Shown in pieces: positions 1 through 9,394 of a stretch of 62,105 nt of DNA. The notes under the pieces were generated by a model. That model was not told the DNA's origin. It did no database searches and saw only the letters and a list, made by a program, of their open reading frames with translations. The stretch spans positions 5,356-67,460 of the forward strand of contig JAVZYK010000001.1 in NCBI GenBank assembly GCA_038886195.1, written 5' to 3'. How positions within the stretch are numbered: position 1 is the stretch's first letter; each line of letters starts with the position of its first letter. The position numbers were made by a program, and so were the translations under genes. The stretch is from Candidatus Pacearchaeota archaeon (lineage in GTDB: Archaea > Nanobdellota > Nanobdellia > Pacearchaeales > UBA284).

Positions 1-1
1 A

Positions 2-178
2 GCTGGCATTTTGAGACCTGAAGTTGTTGTTCCATTGTTGGGCGAATGGATTCCTGTTTTGGCATGGGGTCCTGGATTTGACAGGATAATAATGGACTAT
101 TATGAAATCAAAGATTTGAGAGAAATGTATAAGAATGATTTAAATAAACTCAGAAAAATGAAATTATGGATGAAATAG
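2..178 (+). CDS. pheS: Phenylalanyl-tRNA synthetase alpha subunit, C-terminal part (5' truncated by window edge)
   Basis: Manual translation AGILRPEVVVPLLGEWIPVLAWGPGFDRIIMDYYEIKDLREMY...* matches PheRS-alpha motif 3 region; directly upstream of pheT. Confidence 0.9.
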   Translation, partial: AGILRPEVVVPLLGEWIPVLAWGPGFDRIIMDYYEIKDLREMYKNDLNKLRKMKLWMK

Positions 179-194
179 AATTTTAAAAATTAAA

Positions 195-1832
195 ATGGCG
201 CTAGTAAAATTTTCAAGAAAAGAATTTGAAAAACATATAAAAATAGATAAAAAAATTGAAGAGAAAATAGCAATGTTTGGAACTCCTATTGAGTATGTAA
301 ATGATGAAGAAATAGCTATAGAAATATTTCCAAATAGGCCTGACTTGTTATCGTTACAAGGATATATTAGAGCATTTCTCACTTTTATTGGTAAAAAAAA
401 GAAACTTGAATATAAAGTCAATAAGCCAGAAAAGAATTACGAAATTAAAATAAGCCATTCTGTTAGCGGAATTAGACCTTATACAGCCTGTGCTATAGTA
501 AAAAATTTGAAATTTGATAATGAAAAGATTAAAGAAATTATAGACGTTCAGGAAAAAATACATTCAACTTTAGGAAGAAATAGGAAAAAAATAGCCATAG
601 GAATTTATCCTCTAGAAAAAATAAAATTGCCTATTAAATTTGAAGCAAGAAATCCAAAAGATATAAAATTTGTACCTCTTGAATCTGATAAAGAGATGAA
701 CGGTTTTGAAATACTGAAAGAGCATCCAACTGGCAGAGAATATGGTTATTTGCTTCAAAATTATAAGAAATATCCTGTTTTTGTTGATAGCGCCGGTGAA
801 ATTTTAAGTATGCCTCCGATAATAAATTCAGAAAAAACAGGAAAAGTAACTGAAGAAACAAAAGATGTTTTTATAGAATGTTCTGGTTTTGATTTTAATT
901 TATTGAAAAAAACTTTGAATATTCTTGTCACAATGCTAGCAGATATGGGTGGCGAGATTTATCAAATGAAGTTAGATTATGGTTTTAGAAAAGAATTTAC
1001 TCCTAATTTAGAATATGAAAAAATCAAAATTGATTTAAATGCGATTAATAGGTTATTAGGATTGCAACTTAATGAAAGACAACTAAAGGAATTGTTAAGC
1101 AAGATGGGTTATAGATATGATGGAGGAGAAGTTTACGTACCTCCTTGGCGTGTTGATATTTTACATGAAGTAGATATTGCCGAAGATGTTGCAATAGCTT
1201 ATGGTTACGATAAGTTTCAACCAGAAATTCCTGAAATTTCGACCATAGGTAAAGAAGATGAAAAAGAAAGATTAAAAAGAAAAGTGGCCGAACTTTTAAT
1301 TGGAATAAATTTTTTAGAAATATCTTCTTACCATTTGCTTACAAAAGAGGATTTAAAAAAACAAGAAAAAAAAGATATAATTGAAATAGAAAAAAGTAAA
1401 ACAGATTATTGTTTTTTGAGATCAAATTTATTAAATTCTGCATTAAAAATTTTAAGCGAGAATGTTGATGCAGAATATCCTCAAAGATTGTTTGAAATAG
1501 GGATTGTTTTTGAAAAAAATGATAAAAAAGAAACAGGAATTGAAGAAAAAGAAAAATTATGCATTGTTATAACTCCTGGAAATTTTACTGATATAAAACA
1601 AGTTTTAGAATATTTAGGAAAAATGTTAAATTGTAAAATATCTCTTAAAGAAACGATCGCTCAATATTTTATTGAGGGGAGAGTTGGCAAAATTTTTATT
1701 GATGAAAAAGAATGTGGAGTAATAGGAGAAATACATCCTTCTGTTCTTAAAGCTTGGCATTTAAAAATGCCAGTCGCCGCTTTAGAAGTGGATTTTGATT
1801 GTTTAATTAATAAATTTTTAATTAAAGACTAA
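195..1832 (+). CDS. pheT: Phenylalanyl-tRNA synthetase beta subunit (archaeal type)
   Basis: PNRPDLLS, SMPPIINS, PPWRVDILHEVDIAEDVAIAYGY, GEIHPSVL motifs; 545 aa. Confidence 0.97.
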   Translation: MALVKFSRKEFEKHIKIDKKIEEKIAMFGTPIEYVNDEEIAIEIFPNRPDLLSLQGYIRAFLTFIGKKKKLEYKVNKPEKNYEIKISHSVSGIRPYTACAIVKNLKFDNEKIKEIIDVQEKIHSTLGRNRKKIAIGIYPLEKIKLPIKFEARNPKDIKFVPLESDKEMNGFEILKEHPTGREYGYLLQNYKKYPVFVDSAGEILSMPPIINSEKTGKVTEETKDVFIECSGFDFNLLKKTLNILVTMLADMGGEIYQMKLDYGFRKEFTPNLEYEKIKIDLNAINRLLGLQLNERQLKELLSKMGYRYDGGEVYVPPWRVDILHEVDIAEDVAIAYGYDKFQPEIPEISTIGKEDEKERLKRKVAELLIGINFLEISSYHLLTKEDLKKQEKKDIIEIEKSKTDYCFLRSNLLNSALKILSENVDAEYPQRLFEIGIVFEKNDKKETGIEEKEKLCIVITPGNFTDIKQVLEYLGKMLNCKISLKETIAQYFIEGRVGKIFIDEKECGVIGEIHPSVLKAWHLKMPVAALEVDFDCLINKFLIKD

Positions 1833-2314
1833 CCAAAATAACTTTTACTTTTTTTATCATTACTTTTTTTCTGTATTTGAAGTATTGCTTCAGAAATTTC
1901 TGATAGTTGCGGCTTCAAATCTTGCCATTTTTTTAAAGTTTCTTTAATGAATGAAGCTTCTTTTTCTTCGTTGTAGTTTATATCTAAATTTATAGAGACA
2001 AGTTCCAAGTTAGTAAGTTCTTTGTAAATTTTCTCTATAGAATCCTTTTCTTTTGGAGTTAAATTTTTTAAAGAGGTTAAAATAAATAAAGGTGCCAACT
2101 GAGGATTTAAGAAGAATTCAAGGAATCTGAGAAAAGCGGCAATTTTTTCACTCATTACTCTTCTTATTTCTCTTAATAAAAAGTCAGTTTCTCTTTCCTG
2201 AATTTTTTCAATTTCGAATTCTTCATTCAGTTTTGAAAATTCAGGCAATTTGTATTTCTTTTTTAAAGGTTCATATTGTTTTTTAATTCTTTCTAGAGTG
2301 TTTTGGTTTAACAT
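1829..2314 (-). CDS. Hypothetical helical protein
   Basis: 161-aa ORF with protein-like composition, convergent with pheT. Confidence 0.75.
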   Translation of the reverse strand: MLNQNTLERIKKQYEPLKKKYKLPEFSKLNEEFEIEKIQERETDFLLREIRRVMSEKIAAFLRFLEFFLNPQLAPLFILTSLKNLTPKEKDSIEKIYKELTNLELVSINLDINYNEEKEASFIKETLKKWQDLKPQLSEISEAILQIQKKSNDKKSKSYFG

Positions 2315-2366
2315 TTTTATTTATAAAATAGAAATTAAGCTTTTAAATATTATTGATACTATTGTA

Positions 2367-2786
2367 CTATTTTAAATATTTCCACAAATCTAAGAAGAAT
2401 TTATCATCAAGGATGAGGGGTTCTTTAAGATCGCAAAAATTCAGGGTTTTATCTACAGTTTGTCCATTATTGTAAAATTTTGCAAGTGTTGCTTTTTTAT
2501 TTGCATTTGCTATACTTTCCATAATGTCTTTATTTTCTATTAGTGAATATATTATCTGTGCTTTTTCTTTTTCTATGTTTGTAATAGCAAATGCAACAAT
2601 AGAGCCGTTTTCTAATTTTAATATTAAATTAGATTTGTAAGTTTTATGATTGGCATTATTAGAATAGATTATCTCAAGAAAACCATTTTTGTTTCTCAAC
2701 ATTGACTGGAGAGCATCGACTATGTAATTAGGATCCAGCGTTAATGCAGACTTGTAATGAAATATTTCTTCTAACGATTTTGCCAT
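2367..2786 (-). CDS. Hypothetical protein
   Basis: ORF 2367..2855; first ATG start (MAKSLEE) at 2786 preferred; lies 3' of tRNA-Thr. Confidence 0.6.
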   Translation of the reverse strand: MAKSLEEIFHYKSALTLDPNYIVDALQSMLRNKNGFLEIIYSNNANHKTYKSNLILKLENGSIVAFAITNIEKEKAQIIYSLIENKDIMESIANANKKATLAKFYNNGQTVDKTLNFCDLKEPLILDDKFFLDLWKYLK

Positions 2787-2870
2787 AAGAAGTAAAGGAG
2801 AGCCAAATATATAAATGTTTCTATTATTAAGTAACATCAAAATTTCATTAAACAATTTAATAGTTTAGAA

Positions 2871-2943
2871 GCCTCGGCCGAGAGTTGAACTCGGGACCCC
2901 CACCTTACCAAGGTGATGCTCTAACCAACTGAGCTACCGAGGC
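2871..2943 (-). tRNA. tRNA-Thr(GGT)
   Basis: Reverse complement GCCTCGGTAGCTCAGTTGGTTAGAGCATCACC-TT-GGT-AA-GGTGG...GTTCAACTC...CCGAGGC folds as a cloverleaf; no encoded CCA. Confidence 0.95.
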
Positions 2944-3018
2944 ATTTTATTAAAGAGACAAATCTATTAAGTAGTAAGAAAGAAGCATTTAAAAAATTTG
3001 ATATGTTGTAGTTATTAA

Positions 3019-3091
3019 AGCCCTGTAGTCTAGCGGTCAAGGATCTCTGGTTCTGGCCCAGAGGACCCAGGTTCGAATCCTGGCAGGGCTA
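3019..3091 (+). tRNA. tRNA-Gln(CTG)
   Basis: AGCCCTG...TCTGG-TT-CTG-GC-CCAGA...GTTCGAATC...CAGGGCTA; A1-U72 pair typical of archaeal tRNA-Gln. Confidence 0.95.
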
Positions 3092-3116
3092 TTTTAAATT
3101 AAAGAGGTTTAAAAAA

Positions 3117-3662
3117 ATGAAAATAAAATTTAGATACCCGAAATTAACATTGATAGGAGCAATTATTATTTCCGCATATTTTATATTCAGCAATCATTCT
3201 GTAAAAATCCTTCTTTCTCAACTTAATAGTTTTAGTTATTTCGGAGCTTTTATTGCAGGATTGTTTTATACTTATGGTTTTACAGGGCCTCTTGCAGCAG
3301 GTTTCTTTATAGATTTAAATCCTAATAACATTCTTCTTGCTGGAATTTTAGGAGGCTTTGGAGCATTAGTTTCTGATTTGTTAATTTTTGATATAACGAG
3401 ATTTACTTTAATAGATGAATTTAATTTATTGAAGAAGACAAAATTTGTCGTTGGTGTGAGTAATAGTATAGAAAAAATTTTTGGGAAACAAGTCAAAGTT
3501 ATGTTGGCTTATTTATTAGCTGGAGTTTTTATCGCATCACCATTGCCAGATGAAGCGGGTGTAATTATGATTGCTGGTTTGACGAAGATAAAACAATCTG
3601 TATTTATAACAATTAGTTTTGTTTTAAATACAATCGGAATTTTATTGTTATTAAGTTTATAA
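3117..3662 (+). CDS. Multi-pass membrane protein (possibly DedA/SNARE-like)
   Basis: About 5 hydrophobic segments; SPLPDEAG motif. Confidence 0.7.
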   Translation: MKIKFRYPKLTLIGAIIISAYFIFSNHSVKILLSQLNSFSYFGAFIAGLFYTYGFTGPLAAGFFIDLNPNNILLAGILGGFGALVSDLLIFDITRFTLIDEFNLLKKTKFVVGVSNSIEKIFGKQVKVMLAYLLAGVFIASPLPDEAGVIMIAGLTKIKQSVFITISFVLNTIGILLLLSL

Positions 3663-3720
3663 GTTTCCAAGAAAAACTTTTTATATTTAAGAAATAATTT
3701 AATAGCGAACGATTTAGTTA

Positions 3721-3793
3721 GCTCCCGTAGTCTAGCGGCCAAGGATGCGAGCCTCTCGCGCTCGCGACCCGAGTTCGAATCTCGGCGGGAGCA
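3721..3793 (+). tRNA. tRNA-Glu(CTC)
   Basis: GCTCCCG...CGAGC-CT-CTC-GC-GCTCG...GTTCGAATC...CGGGAGCA cloverleaf. Confidence 0.95.
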
Positions 3794-3804
3794 TTTTATT
3801 AAAA

Positions 3805-4095
3805 ATGGATAAAAAGAAAAAAGCCAAAATAAATCTTGATGAAATAGATTTCAATGATTATATTTTACATTATACTTGTAATGCTCCAGCTCAAGAGATT
3901 TTAGATGAATATAAAATAATTGCTGTTGGTCACGTTTATGGAAGGCAGCCTAGAGAAATGTTATTAATACCAAAAAAATTAATTAAAAAGAAGGGGTATA
4001 GTTTAGAAGGAGATAAACTTTCTATAAGTTCTAATTGCGAACATTTGCTTGTTAAAATAGAAGATGAGTATAAAAGAAAACATAAAAATAACTAA
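3805..4095 (+). CDS. Hypothetical protein
   Basis: Start moved to ATG 3805 (MDKKKK) because the track start lies inside tRNA-Glu. Confidence 0.65.
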   Translation: MDKKKKAKINLDEIDFNDYILHYTCNAPAQEILDEYKIIAVGHVYGRQPREMLLIPKKLIKKKGYSLEGDKLSISSNCEHLLVKIEDEYKRKHKNN

Positions 4096-4349
4096 GCGTA
4101 CTGTATAATTTTTGCTTTTTTGAATTTTTCTTTTATATTCTTTTCAATCTTTGCTTTATCTTCGTTAGAAATGTCTCTATCTAAAGAAATTTCAATTTCC
4201 CTTGAACGATATTTTTTTTCTAAATAATTAAGCAAACTCTCTAAATTATTAAATACTTTATCTTCGTCTTTAGCACTGTGTTTTAATTTTTCGCATAATT
4301 GATATTTGTTAATTCCCCAAGGAAAATATATTATATTTATTTTTTTCAT
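4092..4349 (-). CDS. Hypothetical protein
   Basis: 85-aa ORF preceded by purine-rich GGGG SD-like tract; convergent overlap with previous gene. Confidence 0.6.
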   Translation of the reverse strand: MKKINIIYFPWGINKYQLCEKLKHSAKDEDKVFNNLESLLNYLEKKYRSREIEISLDRDISNEDKAKIEKNIKEKFKKAKIIQYA

Positions 4350-4444
4350 TTCCCCTTGCCTTAAAATTTAAGGTTAAACAAATATATATAATTTTCTATT
4401 TTTATAATCAAAACTTTTATTAATCTTTTTTCATTGAACCTGAC

Positions 4445-5884
4445 ATGATAGATTATGAAAAAGTGGGACTTAAATGCGGCATAGAAATACATCAACAGCT
4501 TGATACCAACAAATTGTTTTGTGAGTGTCCTAGTGTTTTGAGGCAAGATGAGCCAGACATTATTGTAAAAAGAAAGCTATATGCTCCGGCTGGCGAGATT
4601 GGCAAGGTTGATATTGCCGCAGCCTATGAGCAATCTAAGAAAAAAACATATGTTTATGAGGCCTATAGTGATACAACCTGTCTTGTCGAACTTGATGAAG
4701 AGCCTCCACATGAGATTAATCAAGAAGCTCTGAGAATTGCATTGCAAATCTCTTTGTTGCTGAACGCAAAACCTTTGGCGGTTACACAAGTTATGAGAAA
4801 GACAGTTGTGGATGGTTCTAATACTAGCGGGTTTCAAAGAACTTTGTTGCTTGCTACTGACGGCTATGTTGAAGTTAATGATAAAAAAATTGGAATTGCT
4901 ACAATCTGTCTTGAAGAAGATGCTGCAAGAATAATCAAACAAGATGAGAATGAAAGTGTCTTTAGACTTGATAGATTAGGAATTCCGCTTGTTGAAATTG
5001 CTACAAAACCAGAGATTTCAACACCAGAAGAAGCGAAAGCTGTTGCGCTTAAGATTGGCGAAATCCTCCGAAGTTGTAAAGTTAAAAGAGGAATAGGAAC
5101 AATAAGACAAGATGTTAATATGTCAATTGAAGGCGGATCAAGAGTTGAAATTAAAGGAGTTCAAGAACCGGCGCTTATAGCTAAGACAATTGAAACTGAA
5201 GTGGAAAGGCAATTAAAATTGTTAAAAGAAAAAAAGAAAATTGAGCCAGAAGTAAGAAAGGCAGAAATTGATGGAACAACAACTTTTTTGAGGCCATTGC
5301 CAGGAGCAGCAAGAATGTATCCTGAAACTGACTTGCCTTTGATTAAAATTTCTAAAGAATTCATTGAAGAAATAAAAAAGACATTGCCGAAATTGAAACA
5401 TGAAATTAGGGCAGAACTTGAAGAAAAGATGCATTCTGAACTGGCCCAAGCTTTGCTTAAAGAAAACAAACTTGAAGATTATAAAATTTTAATTAATATT
5501 TATAACCACCCAAGTTTAATTGCTAAAATGTTGGCGATATGGCCTAAAGAAATTGCGAGTCATGAGAAGCTTGCTGTTGAAATTGTTAATAAAAGATTGA
5601 CTATTGATGTTTTAGAGATAATTGCAGAAAAATTAAAAGAAGGAAAAATTGAAGAAACTGATGTCAAAAAAATTATGACTGAAATTGTTAAAGGCAAAGC
5701 AATTGAAGAAGCATTGAAGGTTGAAAAAGTTGATGTCACTGAAATTGAAGGAGAAGTTAAAAAACTTGTTAAAGAAAAGCCAGGGTTAAGTGTTAATGCT
5801 TATATGGGTTTATTGATGCAAAAATATAAGGGCAAGGTTGATGCAAGTAAATTGGTTGAGATGATAAAAAAAGAGATAAACTAA
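4445..5884 (+). CDS. gatE: Glu-tRNA(Gln) amidotransferase subunit E, lacking the AspRS-like insert
   Basis: GIEIHQQL, CLVELDEEPP, MRKTVVDGSNTSGFQRT, RGIGTIRQDVN, RPLPGAARMYPETD; only 479 aa. Confidence 0.95.
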   Translation: MIDYEKVGLKCGIEIHQQLDTNKLFCECPSVLRQDEPDIIVKRKLYAPAGEIGKVDIAAAYEQSKKKTYVYEAYSDTTCLVELDEEPPHEINQEALRIALQISLLLNAKPLAVTQVMRKTVVDGSNTSGFQRTLLLATDGYVEVNDKKIGIATICLEEDAARIIKQDENESVFRLDRLGIPLVEIATKPEISTPEEAKAVALKIGEILRSCKVKRGIGTIRQDVNMSIEGGSRVEIKGVQEPALIAKTIETEVERQLKLLKEKKKIEPEVRKAEIDGTTTFLRPLPGAARMYPETDLPLIKISKEFIEEIKKTLPKLKHEIRAELEEKMHSELAQALLKENKLEDYKILINIYNHPSLIAKMLAIWPKEIASHEKLAVEIVNKRLTIDVLEIIAEKLKEGKIEETDVKKIMTEIVKGKAIEEALKVEKVDVTEIEGEVKKLVKEKPGLSVNAYMGLLMQKYKGKVDASKLVEMIKKEIN

Positions 5885-5950
5885 TGCTTTATAAAGTTTT
5901 TTCGACAAAGTTTAAAAATATAATTACGTTTCTATATAAAAGAGGTGAGA

Positions 5951-6736
5951 ATGAAAGCAAAACTTGAAGAGAAAGTTAAAGAGAAAGATAAGTATAAACA
6001 ATATGCAAAAACCAAAGTGAAAGAAGTTAAAGGACTAGAAAAAAAAGAAAAAAATAATAAGAGAGAAATTAAATTAGAAGAAATAAAGTTTAAATGGACA
6101 CCATATCTTGAGAGCATCATTAAAGCAGCTTGGATTCATAATGAGATGCTTTATGTCATTTGTTTGAACAAACACATTGTGGCTTTGACAAAACATTTTT
6201 CTCAAACTTATGGCTTGCCGCAAGAAAAAGTACGTGTTGGCAGTATTGAGGATTTAATTAAAGAAATTTCTGAACATAATACAAGGGTTCTTATAAGTAT
6301 TAGAGACGGCAAAATCATTTATGATCCTTTCAAACTTATAATTTCGCTTAAGATTAATATCAATAAAGGCCTTATGACCGGAACAAAAGAAGCAATCTTA
6401 AGAAAGTTTTTGATGATTAAAGATTATATTAAAGAAATTGAAAATATAAAATTGCAATATCTAGATAATATATATACGGCCACGGTTGAAGCAGCTCAAA
6501 CAGCTTTAGTTTTGAAAGGACATTCCATTTTAATTCCAAGATTGATTCCTGAAATGTTAAAGCAACATTTACAAGGCAAAGGCCTAGAAAAAACTCATAT
6601 TAACTATGCCACTGAAATAATAAAAACTTTCAAGGCTTATGAACATAAAGAAATCTCTCTACCTAATGGCAGAAAACTTGATGATTTAGCAAGAAAAGCC
6701 GAATTGTTTAGGGAAGCTGTTAAAAAATTGAGGTAA
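5951..6736 (+). CDS. Degenerate nucleotidyltransferase/HEPN-like protein
   Basis: RDGKIIYD, EAAQTALV and FKAYEH motifs; paralog of next gene; no recognisable GS..DxD motif. Confidence 0.6.
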   Translation: MKAKLEEKVKEKDKYKQYAKTKVKEVKGLEKKEKNNKREIKLEEIKFKWTPYLESIIKAAWIHNEMLYVICLNKHIVALTKHFSQTYGLPQEKVRVGSIEDLIKEISEHNTRVLISIRDGKIIYDPFKLIISLKININKGLMTGTKEAILRKFLMIKDYIKEIENIKLQYLDNIYTATVEAAQTALVLKGHSILIPRLIPEMLKQHLQGKGLEKTHINYATEIIKTFKAYEHKEISLPNGRKLDDLARKAELFREAVKKLR

Positions 6737-6747
6737 AAAAGGGGAAA

Positions 6748-7509
6748 ATGAAAGTAAAAGTGAATAAAAAGATGCTTGAACAATGGCTGAAGCCATTGCT
6801 GAAATTTAAAAAATGGATTGAAGCTATTTACATTTATGGTTCTGCTGTAACAAAACAAGAAGCTAATGATATTGATACATTAATCATTATTAACGATTCG
6901 GGAGTGCCGCCCGCGCCCCAAATCATTGATTTGATTGAAAAAAGTTGCGGCATGATAGAGGAACAAGGCAAGAAGCAAGGATTGATTTTTCATTTCCAGC
7001 CTTTAAAACCATTGAGCAAATGGTGGCATCTCGTACTTGATGGCGAGCCATGGATAGTTAGCTCGTTAAAACAGCCATGGGTAATTTATGACAAAAAAGG
7101 CTTAATTACAGAGGTTTCAAGGCTTGTAAATGAAGAATTGCTTTTCCGCAAAGAAGAGAAAGCAGAAAAATTAATGGATAGAAGCGATTCTTATTTTTTA
7201 AAAAACCGAAGATTATTATTAGATAGTTTAAGAATCTTGGCTGATGCAGCAACAGAAGCAGCCCAGATTTTATTGCTTTTTGACAACAAGCTAATTTTGA
7301 ACAAAAAACGCATTGTAGAAGAGCTTGAAAAAAATTATATTAAGGCAATAGGTGATGAAATTGTCGGCAATTATAAAGAGATTGTTGACTTGGAAGAGAA
7401 AATGGTAAGAGGCGCCTTGAGCGAGTTCACTGCAGAGAACCTTGATTATTATCTTGACAAAACCAAGAAGTTCATTGCAAAAGTCGAAGATATGTTAAGC
7501 AAGAAATAA
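6748..7509 (+). CDS. Minimal nucleotidyltransferase + HEPN-like helical domain protein
   Basis: IYGS..x6..NDIDTLIIIND Pol-beta-family motif; helical C-terminus with EAAQ. Confidence 0.75.
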   Translation: MKVKVNKKMLEQWLKPLLKFKKWIEAIYIYGSAVTKQEANDIDTLIIINDSGVPPAPQIIDLIEKSCGMIEEQGKKQGLIFHFQPLKPLSKWWHLVLDGEPWIVSSLKQPWVIYDKKGLITEVSRLVNEELLFRKEEKAEKLMDRSDSYFLKNRRLLLDSLRILADAATEAAQILLLFDNKLILNKKRIVEELEKNYIKAIGDEIVGNYKEIVDLEEKMVRGALSEFTAENLDYYLDKTKKFIAKVEDMLSKK

Positions 7510-7705
7510 TTAATTCTTTTTTTAAGTTTCTTCTAAAAATAAATTTTACCCTCTATAAAAAAGATTTTTAATTGTAAGGGGTAAATACAAAAATCGAGGA
7601 AATGCTAGTAAGAAATAAGTTATAAGAAAAATTTAAACTTCAAAAAAGCATTTTTGCTTGAGAAAGACGAGATAAATTTATAAATTCAAGTTGGCAAGTT
7701 AATGT

Positions 7706-9001
7706 ATGGTTTTAGAAAAAGAGAAAAGAGTTTACATTGATGAGATTAAGAAAGGGACAGTTTTTTTGCAAGGTTGGGTTCATGAAATTAGAGATTTGGC
7801 TAATGTTAAATTTCTTTTGTTGCGTGATGTGACTGGCGTTGTTCAGTGTGTTATTAAGGATGAAAAATTGTTTAATAAATTTAAAGAATTGACTCTTGAA
7901 AGCGTAGTTGCTTTGAAAGGCGAAGTTAAGGGCGCTGTTGTTAAAAGTCAGGAAGTTACTAATAATAAAATTGAAATCGAAGTTCAAGAACTTGAATTAA
8001 TTAACAAAGCTGAAAAGCTGCCGATTCAAGTTGTCGAGAAAGGCATTTCGACTGAATTGTCAAAAAGATTAGATTATAGGAGCATTGATTTAAGAAAAGC
8101 AAAGGTCAAGGCTATTTTCAAAATCCAGAGTGAAATTGCTATGGCATTTAGAAATTTTTTCAAACAAAATGGCTTTATTGAAATACAACCGCCATGCATT
8201 ATTGCTACAGCAAGTGAAGGCGGAACTGCTTTATTTCCAGTACAATATTTTGAAAGAAAAGCATTCTTAGCACAATCACCACAGCTTTATAAACAGATGG
8301 CCGCCATATCTTTAGAAAAAGTTTTTTGTTCTGTTCCTGTTTGGCGAGCTGAGAAGCACAACACCGTAAGGCATCTTAATGAATCAAGGCAGTTTGATAT
8401 TGAAGTGGCTTTCGCTAATGACTTTGACGTTATGCTTTGGCTTGAAAAGGTTGTTCAATTTATTGTTAGTCAAGTTATTAAAAACTGTTCAAAAGAGCTT
8501 GAAATTTTAGGACTGAAATTAAAAATTCCAAAGGCAAAATATCTAAGTTATGATGAAACAATTAAATTATTACAAAAAAACAAGTCAAAGACAAAGGAAG
8601 GCGATGATTTGGCTCCAGAAGACGAAAAAATTCTTTGTAAATTGTTTCCCGATTCTATAGTTTTTGTGCATTCATGGCCTATAAGTTTGAAGCCATTTTA
8701 TATTTGGCCTAAAGACGAGAAAAAAGGAATTAGTGCTGGATTTGATGCTTTATATGGTGGTATAGAAATTTCAAGTGGTGGCCAGAGAATTCATAAGGCT
8801 GATGTTTTAATAAAAATGTTAAAATTAAAAGGTTTAAAGCCAGAGCATTTCGAACATTACATTAATGCTTTTCGTTATGGAGCGCCTTATCACGGAGGCT
8901 GGTCTATCGGCTTAGAGCGGTTTACAATGGCTTTATTGCAACTTGATAATATTCGTGAAGCTTGTATATGGCCTCGAGACAGAGAAAGATTAACGCCTTA
9001 A
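7706..9001 (+). CDS. aspS: Aspartyl-tRNA synthetase, archaeal type (possibly non-discriminating)
   Basis: GWVHEIRD, FLAQSPQLYKQ, EISSGGQRIH, YGAPYHGGWSIGLER, PRDRERLTP. Confidence 0.95.
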   Translation: MVLEKEKRVYIDEIKKGTVFLQGWVHEIRDLANVKFLLLRDVTGVVQCVIKDEKLFNKFKELTLESVVALKGEVKGAVVKSQEVTNNKIEIEVQELELINKAEKLPIQVVEKGISTELSKRLDYRSIDLRKAKVKAIFKIQSEIAMAFRNFFKQNGFIEIQPPCIIATASEGGTALFPVQYFERKAFLAQSPQLYKQMAAISLEKVFCSVPVWRAEKHNTVRHLNESRQFDIEVAFANDFDVMLWLEKVVQFIVSQVIKNCSKELEILGLKLKIPKAKYLSYDETIKLLQKNKSKTKEGDDLAPEDEKILCKLFPDSIVFVHSWPISLKPFYIWPKDEKKGISAGFDALYGGIEISSGGQRIHKADVLIKMLKLKGLKPEHFEHYINAFRYGAPYHGGWSIGLERFTMALLQLDNIREACIWPRDRERLTP

Positions 9002-9033
9002 TTTTCATATTTAAAATAAAAAAGGAGGTGAAA

Positions 9034-9312
9034 ATGTTGTCAGACATTCCTAAAGATTTAAAAAAAGTGCCTAAAGAACAAATTGATATGGAAATTGCTC
9101 GTGTTGGAATGATTGCTGAACTCGATGCAATTAATCTTTATGAACAACTCGCGGCAATGGCTAATAGCAAAGATTTAAAGAAAATTCTTTTTGATATTGC
9201 AAAAGAAGAGAAAACACACGTAGGCGAATTTCAGGCATTGTTGTTAAGAAGAGACAAAGAACAAGTCCAAGAATTAGAAAAAGGCAAGGAAGAAGTGGAA
9301 GAAAAAGGTTAG
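9034..9312 (+). CDS. Ferritin-like (encapsulated-ferritin/rubrerythrin-type) protein
   Basis: AELDAINLYEQ...IAKEEKTHVGEF ferroxidase motifs; GGAGGTG SD before ATG 9034. Confidence 0.85.
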   Translation: MLSDIPKDLKKVPKEQIDMEIARVGMIAELDAINLYEQLAAMANSKDLKKILFDIAKEEKTHVGEFQALLLRRDKEQVQELEKGKEEVEEKG

Positions 9313-9394
9313 TTTAGTCGTTTTTTTTAATTATTGTTACTATAAAGGAATAACAAGAGAAAAATATAAAAACTTTTGAAGCTTTAATTTTTTT

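Noticed and set aside
3745-3804. Track N-terminal extensions and ORFs overlapping tRNAs (also 10277-10486, 10317-10397, 18838-19038)
   Set aside because: They read through tRNA genes; downstream ATGs are more plausible
7510-7705. Possible structured RNA upstream of aspS (TTTACCC...GGGTAAA)
   Set aside because: Only short imperfect stems in very AT-rich sequence
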